Shown here piece after piece: positions 1-14,201 of a DNA stretch of 64,000 nt. Below the pieces are notes generated by a model that made no database searches, was not told the origin of the DNA, and was given only the letters and a program-made list of their open reading frames with translations. Each line of letters opens with the position of its first letter. The stretch's first letter is position 1. A program made the position numbers and the translations under genes. The stretch comes from Eledone cirrhosa (Eukaryota), in NCBI GenBank assembly GCA_964016885.1, contig OZ024744.1, positions 89,280,001 through 89,344,000 on the forward strand, in the 5' to 3' direction.

Positions 1-271
1 GACAACAGAAAAAAATGATAACAAAGGGAACAATGATATTAACACCACTAACAAGAAAATAAACAACGACAACACCAACAACAACAATACAAATTGCACC
101 GAAAACAACAACAACGGTGGCACCAAAAACACAACCAACCACAACAGTGATAACAGCAACAACACCAACAACACCGTTTGTAGCAGTAGCAACAGCAGCA
201 GCACCAACAACAAGACCAGTAGCGGCAGCAATAATGGTGCCGCTGAAAAAGGGGCCACTTCTTTCGCAGGT

Positions 272-1790
272 GTGGCCCGAAATATAGAGACAGTGTTAGT
301 CATGGAAGAGGAGATAGCAGTCGCAAGAACCATGGTGTCGAGAAACGACAATAGAGTTTCCCTGAAACCTCCACCCGATTTCTTCAAAGACAAGCAGCTG
401 CGCACGGTGACTTACCGCACCGTAAACAAAATGTCACATCGGATGGAGAGAGCCACGGAGGCTCAAATCCAAAAGGTCTTGGGGTGCGTCTGGGTGGGCA
501 AAACCCACATCACCCTAGGCAAAAAGTACGCCACAGTAGACGTACGTTTCGCCACCCCGCAAGCGGCGAAGTCTCACTCTTTGCAAACCCTAAAGAGTGA
601 GGAGATAGTCTTAGTGCCCTCCTACTGCGAGTAGAAAATTGTGAGGGTCAAAGTGACCCAGATCCCGCCCGACGTGCCCATACCTTGGCTGGCCGCGTCT
701 GTACTGGCTGGAATCGAGGTGAAGACCACCATACTGCAAATACAGAGAATGGGAAGAGAGAACTGGTTAGGAGTAGGCATGCAAATGCTAATACAGACTG
801 ACCAGAAGTGTATCGAGGCCATCCCAGATATCATAGACCTCGAAGAAAGGCTCCAACCCCCTATAAGAGTGGAACGAAGGCGCCCAAAGTGCTATCTCTG
901 TGGGCAGAAGGGTCACCCCAGGGTCTTCTGCCCGCAGAAGACAGCCAAGAAGAGGAGCTCCCCTCCTTCCGAGGCCTGATCCACTACTACCAAAAGCAGG
1001 GCAGGCAACAGAGGCAGAAGACCCTTCCATGGTGACTATGAGGGCAACGTCCGTGGCACCCATACCAAGGCCACGGACAACTAAAGCAGCGGCAGCAGTG
1101 GCGGCAACACCAACAGTCGCAGTAGATACACCGGAGGCAAAATCGCCGGAGCGGGCTCCAGTACCACCACCAACAGCAGTAGAGCTCATACCCCTCCCAG
1201 ACGTCATGGAATCTGACATGGAGTATTAGGCGAGTGGGAAGTGGCAAACGGTCTGCCCCAAAAAACAAAAGAGGAAAAAACCCTTAGCTTCATCCTTCAA
1301 AAGTGAAGGCAGACAAAGCGGGGTAAAGGCTGAAAGGAGACTTGCAGCAACACCACCACCATCACCATCACTACCACAATCATCACCACCAAGAACAACC
1401 AAAACACCACCAGCATCACCAAAAACACCAGCATCGCAAACACAACAAAACACACACACCCAACAGCAACAACAAGAGTACAGCAACAAAATCACCCCTC
1501 CCTCCAAAAAGTACACGGCCATAAACATGACAAATAAAGAACTCATACAAACATCACAGAAAAAAAATGACTACGCCCCATCAACACCAAGGACTCTCCC
1601 GACAAACATAAACATCATTGAAATCTCAATAGAACAGTACAAACTTTTTAAACAAAAATTCCCCAACGCAGTTGGAGACTTCAGAGGGTCGGTTACCAAG
1701 AGGATATACACTGACATCCTCTTGGAAATACCCATGACCAGCCAAAGGGACGGTTCTACTGTCCCTTCACCACACGATCAGGGTAAGTGA
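272..1790 (+). pseudogene. Tx1 ORF1 (gag-like zinc-knuckle protein), interrupted
   Basis: Fragments 272-634, 641-979, 900-1229 and 1527-1790 are collinear with the ORF1 at 53027-54481(-). Confidence 0.8.
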
Positions 1791-1822
1791 CCCTTTCTCA
1801 CTTGCCCCGTTTCTCATCCAAC

Positions 1823-4800
1823 ATGGCCGTACTTAGAATAGGCAGTATAAATGTACGTGGCCTAGGGTCATCTTGGAAGCAGGGTCACCTGCTCAACGAC
1901 CTGAAGCCACTAAACATAGATGTGGTGGCCATCAGTGAGACCAGAATCTAGGAAGCACGAGCCTTCGCACCGATCTTCGGCGGCTACGATGTATACGCAT
2001 CTCCCAGCCATCCAGGATCGGGGGGAGGGGTGGCAGTGCTTTTTCGGAGAGACTGGGATCTCTCCCTCTTCCTGGACCCAGAAAGTAAGTCAGTGGTGCT
2101 GGACGTGACTGGCAGCGAAGGCAATGCTTTCAGGCTAGTAGCCGTCTACGCCCCAACACAGGCAGGACGGCCAGATTCCTTCAGAACTCTAGAGACCTTT
2201 CTTGGAACGTCCAGCTCTTTAGTGTTAGTGGGCGAGTGGAACGGTATCTTAGATGCACGCTGGGATTATGTGGGGCTAGTAAATAAGGGAGGAGTATGTA
2301 AAAGCCTCAACAATATGCTCAGACGTTTTGAACAACTGTCTGACAGGTATAGACTGGATTATCCGAATGTGCCAATGTGGACATGGGCAAACCGCATCGA
2401 GTCATCCAGATCGTATTTAGATAGGGTATTCTGTAGGGAAACAGATAAGGCTAGTGTAGACTGTCCACAATTTAAAGTAGTCGACTACATGGACCACAAA
2501 TTTGTGATCTGTGAAGTTGACTTAGATAGACTCCATAGGCAAGGGCCCGGCTACTGGAAGCTGAACGCGTCGTTCCCGGTGCGCAAGGCTTACAGAGACC
2601 GGATTAGCGAATTAGTTAACCGTGCGTTGACGGGTGCGATCGTCAACATGTCGTGGTTTACCCTGAAAAGTGCTATTAGAGTAGTTTAGCAAAGGAGTAG
2701 CAAAGGAGTAGTGATAGAGGAAAATGGAGTAGAGGGAGAGTTAGTTAGAAAGCTAAAAGAGACGTTTAGGACAGGTATCGCAACCGACGTGTTTGCGGCG
2801 AGATTAGCACTCGACCAATTCTTCAACAAGAAGCATGAAGGCTACGTTGTCAGAGCTAGAGTGCGTGCTCTAAGACACGAGGGGACGAAAGCCGTTCAAT
2901 GGGCCCGGGTGGTGAAGGCGTGACTTGGCAACAAGTCCACAATTCGGTCTTTGCCTGATCAAAACTGGCGCATGCTGCTCGAACCCGAGCAGATGTGTGC
3001 GGCTTTTCAACAGCACTTTGCTCAATTGTTCGGGAGCGGCGGCGGGCCGGATCGGAGTATAGACTTCGGTGCATACCTCGACGGACTGCCGCGGCTCTCG
3101 ACGACCGCAGAGCAGTACTCCGAAAAGCCGAAAACAGCAGGTGAAATACGGAAAGCGATGTCTGATTGCACGAGTGGTAAATCACCTGGCTTGGATGGTC
3201 TGCCCTACAAGCTTTATGCGTATATGCCAGACTTGTTCGGCGACCTCTTAGCAGATGTCTATTGCAACAGGCAGCAGAACGGGAGTATTCCCAGTTTTGT
3301 CAGCCGGGGAGCAGTGGAGCTGCTGAGAAAAGACCCCAAAAAGGGGGACGTTATAGACAACTTCAGGCCCATAACTCTGCTAAACGCAGAGTTTAAGATT
3401 TTTGCCAACATGTTAGCAAAGAGATTGGCGCTTGTCGTGGGTGATCTGGTGGGAGAGGAGTAGACATACGCCATCCCGAACAGATCCATCCACGACAACC
3501 TCCATCTCATGCGATACATAATAGAGAGGTTGGTTAAGAAACCTGGCACGGGTGGGGCCCTGATCAACTTGGATCAATCTAAAGCATTTGATAGGGTTGA
3601 CCATCGGTACCTGGCTGCGGTCCTCGAGGCGGCCGGCTTCGGGCCCGTTTTAAGGGTTAGATCGCTGTGATGCACAGCGACATCTGCTCGATTGTGAGTG
3701 TGAATGGTCACCTATCGCAGCCTTTCAACATCATGCGCTCGGTCCACCAGGTTTTCCCCCTCTCGTCCCTCTTGTACGTACTGGCCCTCGAGCCGTTACT
3801 GCACAAATTGGAGACGATGAGGGAGATCTCACGCGAACTGGGATGCGAGAGATCCGTGTCAGCTTACGCCGACGACGTCACCATGGTGGTGTCGAGCACC
3901 AAACATGTCCAGATGCTCGGCACCGCTCTCATGGAATACGAAGCGGTGACAGGAGCAAAGATAAACCAGGAAAAGTCAATGGGCTTGCAACTCGGCACCT
4001 GGAGCGGCAAGTCCATGCCGTCCGACAGTGTCGTTGGGAGCTGGACGGAAGGACCAGTTAATTTGCTCGGGGTCTGGTTCGATCCGGATCTCCAGATGGA
4101 GAAAAACTGGAGCGAGGCGAGGGGCAGGTTGGCTTCTCTCATCCAGAAATGGGCCGAGAGAAGGCTGTCTCTGAAAGGTCGGGCGGAGGTGGCGAATTCG
4201 TACATAGCGTCCGTCATCTGCTACCCCCTGACCGTCGTACCTTGCTCCCTCCCAACTCTGACCAAAATAGAGCGCCTTCTCTTCCGCTTTTTGTGGAAGG
4301 GACGTGCTCCCATGGTCAGACGATCCATTTGCTGTCAACACCCGTCGCGTGGAGGACTACGCATGCCGTGGCTGATGATGCACAAACATGTGCTGAGGCT
4401 GCGACATCTCTGGGGTTTCCTTGACGGTGAACAGGTCTGGTCGCCGTTTGCCAGACGCTCTTTTCCCCAGCTCGTCTCCTTGACGGAGCTGCAGTCCTGG
4501 ATCAGAAAAAGACCTATGGATAGCGCTTGGAAGCTGGAATGTCTCCAAGCGCTCACCGCACTCTACCATCTGGGCACTAGTACTAGTGGAGCATGAACCT
4601 CGGCGTTATATAGAGGGCTAATGGAGAGAAAGAGCGACGACATTCTCGGGGAGACCCTGGACGTCGAAGACGATCAGCTGTTCGCTCTCTTCAAGAGAAC
4701 TTGCAGACCCGGGCCTATGAACAACTTCCAGAAATCCCTGGCCTGGCAGTGCTACCGGGGAGCTTTGCCGGTTCGGGATAATCTCTACTGGCACGGAGGT

Positions 4801-5208
4801 GCTGTCAGCCGAGCCTGTCTGAGATGCGCCCAGAGCGACGAAACCATCCTGCACGCACTCGTTCAGTGCCCGGGGATTGCTGACTTGCTGTCGCGTGTAG
4901 GACGGATCCGGTTATCGACTGAGTCCATTGTGCAGATAGCCCCGCCATCCTCCTTTAAAGAGGATGAAGAGCAGGCAGTTTTCATCTGCCTGGTGGCGAT
5001 GGTGAAAAAGATTGTGTGGTGAACAAGGTTGAAAAGGTTGAAGACGGACACTTTCCTCTTCGGCCAAGCCCTGGTTAACTTTTTCAAGTTTCACTTGAAA
5101 ATCAGGGTGGAGAGGCAAGTGCTGTCTTCTAGTAAGTTTGTTGAAAGGTGGGTGAAAGTGGCGAGTCTGGTTCGAGTCAACGGGCCCGCTCTGAGTATGC
5201 GCCTGTAG
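1823..5208 (+). pseudogene. Tx1 ORF2 (APE endonuclease + reverse transcriptase), several stops/frameshifts
   Basis: Motifs SINVRGL, AVYAP, YLDRVF, MDHK, GPGYWKLN, KSPGLDGLP, FRPITLLN, DQSKAFDRV, AYADDVT, CLRC..ETILHALVQC. Confidence 0.93.
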
Positions 5209-5499
5209 ACTGAGGAGTGGGAAAAGTGAGAGAGGGCGCTTGCCCTGGTGGTCAAGGTGGCCGTAGTCTTTTGTGTGGTTTTCACCATGAGTGACCCTCG
5301 GAGGTTTCTCTCTTCTTGGAGAATTTTTGTTCTTGGAATTTTTTTTACCTCTAGCACGGTTTTGTTATAACCTGTATACACGCCCAAAACCCACTTTGTA
5401 TCGTCCTGTACTGTTCTGTGCCGTCTCTAATGTTTTTCTTCGTGTTAGCCCTTGTGGCCAATAAAGAACCATTATTATTATTATTATTATCATTATTAT

Positions 5500-8284
5500 T
5501 GGCGACCTACATAGGAAATCGTATTATCGTGATCTCCGCAAAGGTTTGTTGTTTTCAGTTGTTTCAAATTGCCAGTTATGGAAAATGTTTGTTGTTAAGT
5601 GTTTATAAGTTCACATATATTGCTTTCTGAAAAAGACACTAAAAAAATTGGGGCCTTGAGCCTAAAATTTAAACTTTTTATAATTATCAAACAAAATTTT
5701 CTTTGAAAAAAAACATGGACTGCTCTCAGCCACACAAATCTGACAGCCTTCCTCACAGACTACTAACACCTCACACCAACACCACCATTGTAAATATTAT
5801 TACGGTTGCCAACACTAAAAATATAAGCAGTGGCAATAATTTAAATTTGTCGCATGCAGACATTCATTTCCCGCCTTTACCAATAACTGCAGGTGTTAAA
5901 GCCGCCACCCACACCACCACCACAGCGACAACAGAAACAAAAAAAAATAAATGATTATCTCGTGACATCGAAATGGATTCACTCAGAATCGACTCTTCCA
6001 CGCCGAACACCACTGACACCACCATCACCACCTCCACCACAACTGAAACTAAAAATAACAATAACAAAAGTAACAATAATAACAACAGCAACAACAATAA
6101 CAATGAGAATAACAACAACTTCAACACCAGCGCAAAACAAAATGTGTCGTTTGCCAAAGCAGCCAAGAAAAGCGAAACAATCGAGGTAAGCCAGGATGAA
6201 TTAAATGAAGCCAAGAGAAAGGTAAGAAAAGATAGGTACAGGGTCAGCATCACCCCCCCCCCCCCCCACACACACACACACCTAATAAAATGGAGCATCG
6301 GCGCCTATGCACCGAGTCATATCGGACGATAAACACAAAATCACGCCGAGTGGAACGGGCATCCGAGTCCCAGATTCAAAAAGCTTTGGGACATGTGTGG
6401 GCGAAAAAAACCCACATCAGACGTGGGCAGAATTATGGAAACGTGGACGTGTTCTTTGGAACCCAACAGGAAGCCAGAGAGCACTCCATTTCCCCATTAA
6501 GAAGTGACGACTTCACACTCGTCCCAAGCTATTGTGGTCAGAGACTCGTGAAGATCAGGGTGACCCACCTTCCGCCGGCCATCGAAATTCCCTGGCTAAT
6601 GGCTGCCATCCTAACCGGAATCGAGGCCAACACGAAAATAATTGAGGTAACAAAAGAAAAGCAGGAGAACTGGTCTGGATCTGGAATGGAGCTCCTGATC
6701 CAAGCGGACCAAAAACACATTGAGGAAATTCAAGAGGTGATAGCCCTCAATGACGGCAGCCACCTCACCGTAATCGTTGAGGGTAGAAGGCCTAGGTGTG
6801 TCGTTTATGGTGAAGGAACCCACCTAAAGGCTTTCTGCCCTCAGGCTAAAAAGTTGAAGCCACCTCTCCTACCCACCCCAGTGACTCTACCATCAAAACC
6901 ACCAGCAGCAGAAATGGCAGCAACAACCCCAGCAACAGTAGCAAAACCAACACCACCATCACCCACCGCGCCAGAATTAGCACCAGCGCCTCCACCATCC
7001 ACCACACCAGAACCAAAACCAACGCCTGTGGAGGATTTTCCCCTCCCCAACCTATCCCAACTGGAGACGGATCGTGACGACGAGGAGTGGGAAACGGTAT
7101 CAGGAAAAAAGAAAAAGAAAAAAAAAGTAAAAAGAAAAAACCCTCTTCCTTCGCCCTCCAAAAACAAAATGCAAGGGGAAACAAATAAGCAAACAAACAA
7201 AAAAGTTAAGACAGCAGCATCACCATCATCATCACCACCATCATCACCAGCATCATCATCACCACCGTCATCACCATCATCATCACCACCATCGTCATCA
7301 TCACCATCGTCATCACCACCACCATCATCATCATCACCACCGTCATCACCACCACCATCATCATCACCACCACCGTCATCACCAGCATCCTCATCATCAC
7401 CACCACCGTCATCACCAGCATCCTCATCATCATCACCACCGTCATCACCAGCACCATCATCACCACCACCGTCATCACCATCATCACCAGCAACATCATC
7501 ACCACCACCGTCATCACCATCATCACCAGCAACATCATCACCACCACCGTCATCACCAGCAACATCATCATCATCATCATCGCAGTCGTCACCACCACCA
7601 TCACCACCACCATCATCATCACCACCGTCATCACCAGCACCATCATCATCACCACCGTCATCACCAGCATCATCATCATCATCATCACTGTCATCACAAG
7701 CACCATCATCATCATCACCATCAACACCAGCACCATCACCACCATCACCACCATCACCATCATCACCACCACCGTCATCACCATCACCACCATCACCATC
7801 ATCACCCCCACCGTCATCACCACCATCACCATCACCGTCATCACCAGCACTGTCATCACCAGCACCATCATCACCACCACCGTCATCACCACCATCACCA
7901 TCACCGTCATCACCAGCACTGTCATCACCACCGCCATCATCATCACCACGATCATCATCACCATCATCACCAGCACCATTATCACCACCACCGTCATCAC
8001 CACCATCATCACCAACACCATCATCCTCACCACCGTCATCACCAACACCATCATCACCACCACCGTCGTCACCAGCACCATCATCATCACCACCATCGTC
8101 ATCACCACCATCATCATCATCACCACCGTCATCACCAGCACCATCATCATCACCACCGTCATCACCACCGTCATCATCAGCACCATCATCATCATCACCA
8201 CCGTCATCACCAGGACCACCATCATCATCACTATCGTCATCACCAGCACCATCATCATCATGCTTGATTATGGCTGACAATTGA
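5500..8284 (+). mobile_element. Second Tx1 copy: 5' UTR + ORF1 only, running into a CAT/CAC triplet expansion
   Basis: 5973-6332 and 6290-7200 are homologous to 54453-54848(-) and 53027-54481(-) (MEHRRLCT.SYRTIN.KSRRVERASESQIQKALGHVW); starts right after the ATT tail of the first element. Confidence 0.85.
7215..8262. repeat. Degenerate (CAT/CAC)n triplet low-complexity expansion
   Basis: ~1 kb of catcaccaccgtcatcacc-type units. Confidence 0.97.
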
Positions 8285-8373
8285 TACACCCAGGACACCA
8301 TAGCGAAATACCAATATATGGAACATTATATTATCTAACATTCTCTCCTTATTTTAATTTATATTCCTTTGAA

Positions 8374-8492
8374 GTTCCGATGAGCCGCTCTGTCTTTAAA
8401 TTTGTTAATTATTTTCAACTCAACCAGATCAATAATGATATATAGTCATTTGATCCAGAAATATTATATGGAGTAGCGAAACAATTGTAAAC
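8374..8492 (+). ncRNA. Type I hammerhead-like motif (core variant CCGAUGA, long stem II)
   Basis: gtt-CCGATGA-gccgctc...gagtagc-GAAA-c-aatt-GTA-aac; palindromic AATT loop III. Confidence 0.6.
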
Positions 8493-8799
8493 GGACATTA
8501 TTATTATTAATATTATTATTATTATTCTCTACATTCCTTACATCAAACTAAAATATGTTGACAATCTTTTAATAATGTCTTCCTTGTGAAGTTTGTGGTC
8601 TTGTTTTGCTTAACTAATGAATATTTCCAGCTCTGCGGACCTAACTTCTGCATGAACCCAGCCACCTAGCTGCTTTCTACTCCATATTGCACATTGAGCA
8701 CATGCCTTTACGGTTTGGCTTCTAACTAACACACCGATCTCTCCTCTCATATCTCCTCTACTATCTCCATCTCTCTCTTTAAGATTGGTTACTCTTGTA

Positions 8800-8888
<89 letters not shown>

Positions 8889-8913
8889 CATTTATACATA
8901 TATATATATATAA

Positions 8914-9012
<99 letters not shown>

Positions 9013-9174
9013 CATGTATATATGCATATATATATATATGTATATATATACATGTATATATGCATATATATATATACGGAAGTTGTTTTTCGTTAAGCGC
9101 AAATACGATTCTCGCTAATTTATATTTATATTTATATATATATATTTATATATATATATATCTATATATGTATG

Positions 9175-9376
9175 TGTAAGGAAGAAATTGTGGTAAGGAA
9201 CCAGATGGACCATAAGACACCAAAGCACTCAATACTTAGGGTAGTAGAGTGGGCAATAGGAACAAGTATGACCCCGACGGCAGAGCTCAAGCCGTTTCGA
9301 CGGATATTTCTGGACTGTCCAGAAATAGCCGTCGAAACGGCTTGCGCTCTGCCGTCGGGGTCATACTTGTTCCTAT
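9175..9376 (-). mobile_element. Short fold-back element containing the 3' half of an HHR (family also at 59870-60015 and 61585-61790)
   Basis: Near-perfect palindrome 9256-9376; each arm carries GAAA-cggc...gccg-TC (stem III + GUC); flanked by (TA)n. Confidence 0.7.
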
Positions 9377-10580
9377 ATGTATGTGTATATATATGTGTAT
9401 ATGTATGTATGTCTAAGTGTGTATATGTATGTATATACGTGTTTATATATATATATATGTGTATATGTATGGGTGTACGTGTGTGTGTATATGTATGTAT
9501 ATATGTGTGTTTATATATATATATATGTAAATATATGTGTATGCATATATGGATGCGTGTGTATGTGTTTGTATGTGTGTGTTTATGTATATATGTATAT
9601 GTGTGTATGTGTTTGTGTGTATATATTTGTGTGTGGGTTTATTTATGTTTATATTATACTTATGTGTGGTTATGTGTGTGTGTTTGCGTGTGTGGTTGTG
9701 TGTGTGCGGTTGTTTTTGTCTGTGTGGTCTTGCTTGTGGTTTTCTGTGCGTATGTAGATTTCTTGTTGCGTCCGAGTGCGCGTACACGTGTGTATACGTT
9801 TGTACGTGGGCTTTGTGCCAGTGCTCTCTTTTGTAGAATTTGTGTGTTGGTGTATTTGGTTGTGTGCATGTTTTTATGTACGTGTGTATGCGTATGTGTG
9901 TATGTGTTTTTGAACGCGTGTGGATGTGTGTGTATGTTTATTTTATATTTTATATTTTTATATTTTTGTGTATATGTGTGTATATATATATGTGTGTGTG
10001 TATATATATGTATATGTGTGTGTATATATATGTGTATACACACATACATTTGTGTATGTGTTTTTATACGTGTGTATAAGTATTTGAGCGTGTGTGTATG
10101 TATGTATGCATGTGTGTATACATATATATATATATGTGTATATATTTTATATACCTGTATATTTATGTATATGCACACCTCGTGTATTTGTTTATTTTTA
10201 ATTGTTTTTATTTTTCAGCCCCTTCTCTCACTTATCGTTGTCAACACGTATCTTTTATTTTTGACTCTGTGTTTTTTGTTCTTATTCATTGATTTATTTT
10301 TCTTATTACTTCACGTATATATAGTGTATGTATTTCGTCCATGCCATTTAGATACATATACGCTTATGTTACAAAGTTTACGTCCACGTACTTTTTAAGT
10401 ATATGCCCGTCGTTGAGTGTGTGTATATTTATATATTTATTGTTTTTATATATACATATGTAATTTTCTTTTTTTTCCTTTTTTTCTCTTCTTCTTCGCC
10501 CGTTGTTTCCTCAGCCTCACTTTCATATTTCTTATATTTTGTTTTCAAATCCATATTTAATAAAAACACCATGTTTTGTT

Positions 10581-10634
10581 CATTCTGACGACTGAGGACA
10601 GATATATCTGCTTTCAGGAGACCACTGGTGGATG
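10581..10634 (+). ncRNA. Degenerate hammerhead (family D)
   Basis: catt-CTGACGA-ctga...tcag-GAGA-ccactgg-TG-gatg, homologous to 39038-39091 and 39222-39275. Confidence 0.55.
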
Positions 10635-10666
10635 AAATAGTTGTCTTATGTTTTTTATTACATAAC

Positions 10667-10823
<157 letters not shown>

Positions 10824-11196
10824 TGAATAAAAGTCAAGAACTGATTATAGCTTGTAATCACCGTATACGAAAAACATTTAAGTACTATAAACCTAATTAA
10901 ACATTCTAAATAGCAGCTCACCATAGCTCTATGTGACGTACCTTTTTATTAGTATCCCCTTCTCCTAATTATTCGCCTTCCTGTTAATTGTTTAACCTTT
11001 TAACTTTTTAGCTTCCATAGATTCATGCGTTACTGACTAAGGGCATCAAGGTACATAACCACCTGTACTTGCATGGGTATACATGTATCTATGTATGTAT
11101 GATAAGAGAATATATATATATGTGTGTGTGAGTATATGTGTATGTGTGTGTGTATGTGTATGTACATGTATGTGTGTGTACATGTATATATGTATG

Positions 11197-11255
<59 letters not shown>

Positions 11256-11496
11256 GTATGTGTGCGTGTATGTATGTATATGTGTATGTGTATATCTATG
11301 TATGCGTATGTATGTTTTTAACGGAGTATCTATGAATTATACCTCTATCTATATATGTGAGTATATGTACTTTTGTGATCTAAGAAAATTATGCGTTTTG
11401 ACTGTATGTCAACATGCATTTATCTGGGATTGATTACTTATATATAGACACACTTGAAAATATTTACTATTTTATATTTTATGATGCATCATAGAA

Positions 11497-11632
11497 TTAC
11501 GGCCCTTTCCATTCTGAGTTCAAATCCCGCCGAGGTCAACTTTGCCTTTCATCCTTACGGGGTCGATAAAATAAAGTACCAGTAATGTACTGGATAATTC
11601 CTGGCCTTGTGCCAAAAGTAGAAACAATTATA
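11497..11632 (+). mobile_element. tRNA-derived SINE, 5'-truncated
   Basis: GTTCAAATCC B box, ctttcatccttacggggtcgataaaataaagtaccag body, gtagaaacaatta tail. Confidence 0.88.
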
Positions 11633-12076
11633 TTATATTATTATACTATTATATTTTATTATCTTATTATAATTTTCATCTTTTAATATACTATCCTTCC
11701 TAGTTATGACCATAACTTTACCTATCTATATTTATCGTAGCTATTTCCGTATATTTTATATTTCTTTATTTATATTCACCTAAAAACTCCATACAACACA
11801 ACTCAACATATAATTTTTACATCCCTTTTTAAACTTCACTCCACCATCTACATTCTACTATCAATACAACAATCCCTTTTCTTCATAGGTTCTTCTTAGT
11901 AAATCTATTTTTAACACCATTCAACCATTCCTTTCAAAAGGTCATGACCTTAACTAAAGTGAGTTATATTTCGTCTAAACATCATATGGCAAAACACCAT
12001 TTGATTAGTTTGTTCTTAAACTACCACCAAATAAGGTCATAGAACTCAATTTACTATTGATTTTGAATAAAATTTT

Positions 12077-12218
12077 CATTGCTTTTGACAACGGCTGATG
12101 ATATACACGTAGGTAAATATATTCCTTATTTGATATTTTGTAACTAACCTTACATAGATCGATAACGAAATATGCGTAAAATGTATTATCATCATCTAGA
12201 AACGATCGAAAAGCAGTG
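12077..12218 (+). ncRNA. Degenerate hammerhead (family E)
   Basis: cattgctt/aagcagtg stem I, decayed core TTGACAA, tgatgata/tatcatca stem II, GAAAC-gatc-GAA. Confidence 0.5.
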
Positions 12219-12505
12219 AAGTATATTCCTAATGACTGGAATTTTTATTTCATTGCATTAACTTATATATATATATACATATATATATATATACACATAT
12301 ATATATATACATATATATACATATACTATATATATTTATATATATACTATATATATTTTTATGTATATATATACTATATATTATATAAATATATATATAG
12401 TATATATATATAGTATATATATACATATATATATATATATAGTATATATATAAATATATATATTATATATATATATATATGTATATATATGCATATATAT
12501 ATATA

Positions 12506-12542
<37 letters not shown>

Positions 12543-12562
12543 TATATATATACTATATATAT

Positions 12563-12667
<105 letters not shown>

Positions 12668-12831
12668 AAATGTTGAAAAGGTAACACACTAGAGAGAGAT
12701 ATGGTGCGCTATCAATAAAACAGGGAAAAACCACCAGTGTAAGGAATCTATAACCTATGAAAGGCAGAGTAGACACACTATAATTAAAAATATAAATTAA
12801 AGTGTATATACAAACCTCTATAACTATATAA

Positions 12832-12912
12832 CACACGTACAAATCCAAAGAGATCTGTTTCGCCACTAAGTTGTTGTCAGGAATGAAATAACCCATGGTT
12901 CATCAGCGTGTG
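12832..12912 (-). ncRNA. Type I hammerhead ribozyme (family B)
   Basis: cacacg-CTGATGA-acca...tggc-GAAA-cagatc tctttg gatttg-TA-cgtgtg on the minus strand. Confidence 0.85.
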
Positions 12913-13437
12913 CAAGGCTATACATTTCAGACAACACTAAGAGAATTTAAAGCGACTGTCCAGCTACACGTGGGAGAGAGAAGTTACAGCGTGTTTAAGG
13001 GCAGTGAACCAGTGGCCTCTGAAGGACGAGCTGCTAGAAAGGGCAGCCCAAAACCACTCAGAGAGGTGAGCTCAACCAAACAGAGAGAGAGGAAAGACTG
13101 TTATAACGACCAAAATATCATGATAAATTAACGGAGCCATAGACTCTCGCTATTCCCTGTCAATAATGTGCTCAAAGGAGAAGGAATCCTGAGGTCTTTA
13201 AAACACAATATGTTGAAAAGGAAACACACTAGAGAGAGATATAGTGAGCTATCAATAAAACGGAAAAACCACCAGTGTGTGGAATCTATAAACTATGAAA
13301 GGCAGACAATAGACACGATAATTAAAAATATAAACGGAAAGATTGAAACGAAATTTCATTTCTCACTCTTAGTACGGCTGTTACTTAAATATAAGTATGT
13401 ATACGTACATACATATATGTATACAGACGTACAGTAG

Positions 13438-13499
<62 letters not shown>

Positions 13500-13723
13500 C
13501 ATGCACACATATATACATATATGTATGTACGTATACATACTTATATTAAAGTAACAGCCGTACTAAGAGTGAGAAATGAAATTTCGTTTCATATTCTCCG
13601 TTTATCGTTTTCGGTGCACCCGGCCGATTAACTCAGTCGATATGCGAATTAGGCTGCTCAGCCGTTAATATGCATAAGGAAAGTATATAATTTCAGACGT
13701 TCAACCATCTAGCAGGAAGGTAT

Positions 13724-13766
13724 ACGTTGCTGACGATAGCTAATAAGCTTGAAACTAGTACAGCGT
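13724..13766 (+). ncRNA. Minimal type I hammerhead (family A)
   Basis: acgttg-CTGACGA-tagc taataa gctt-GAAA-cta-GTA-cagcgt; palindromic ACTAGT stem III. Confidence 0.85.
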
Positions 13767-14158
13767 TCCTTTGTCAGTGTTGAACAAATGAGCAACGATG
13801 GTTGCTAGACACTGTACGGCTTAATTCGGGATGTTTGTTTACAAACACACTGAGCATTATAATAAATGTTCGGTGAATCCATACGTACATATATATATGT
13901 GTGCATGTATGTATATATATATATATATATATACATACTACTGTACGTCTGTATACATATATGTACGTATACATACTTATATTTAAGTAACAGCCGTACT
14001 AAGAGTGAGAAATGAAATCTCGTTTCATTTTTTCCGTTTATCGTTTTCGGTACCCCGGCCTATTAATTCACTCGATATGCGAATTAGGCTGCTCAGACGT
14101 TAATATGCATAAGGAAAGTATATACTTTCAGACGTTCAACCATCTGGCAGGAAAGTAT

Positions 14159-14201
14159 ACGTTGCTGACGATAGCTAATAAGCTTGAAACTAGTACAGCG
14201 T
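14159..14201 (+). ncRNA. Minimal type I hammerhead (family A)
   Basis: Identical to 13724-13766, 435 nt downstream. Confidence 0.85.

Larger units (their letters stand above)
1..5470 (+). mobile_element. L1/Tx1-clade non-LTR retrotransposon, near full-length, decayed
   Basis: ORF1 with CCHC knuckle (CYLCGQKGHPRVFC, ~890-930); ORF2 from ~1823 with APE, RT and C-terminal Cys motif; 3' end CCCTTGTGGCCAATAAAGAA followed by (ATT)n. Confidence 0.93.

Noticed and set aside
6841-8301. Asp/Gly-rich and Met/Val-rich antisense ORFs
   Set aside because: Alternative frames of the CAT/CAC triplet expansion
8795-10398. Long ORFs rich in YI/CV (e.g. 9172-10398, 27417-27995)
   Set aside because: Translations of (TA)n/(TG)n microsatellites, which lack stop codons
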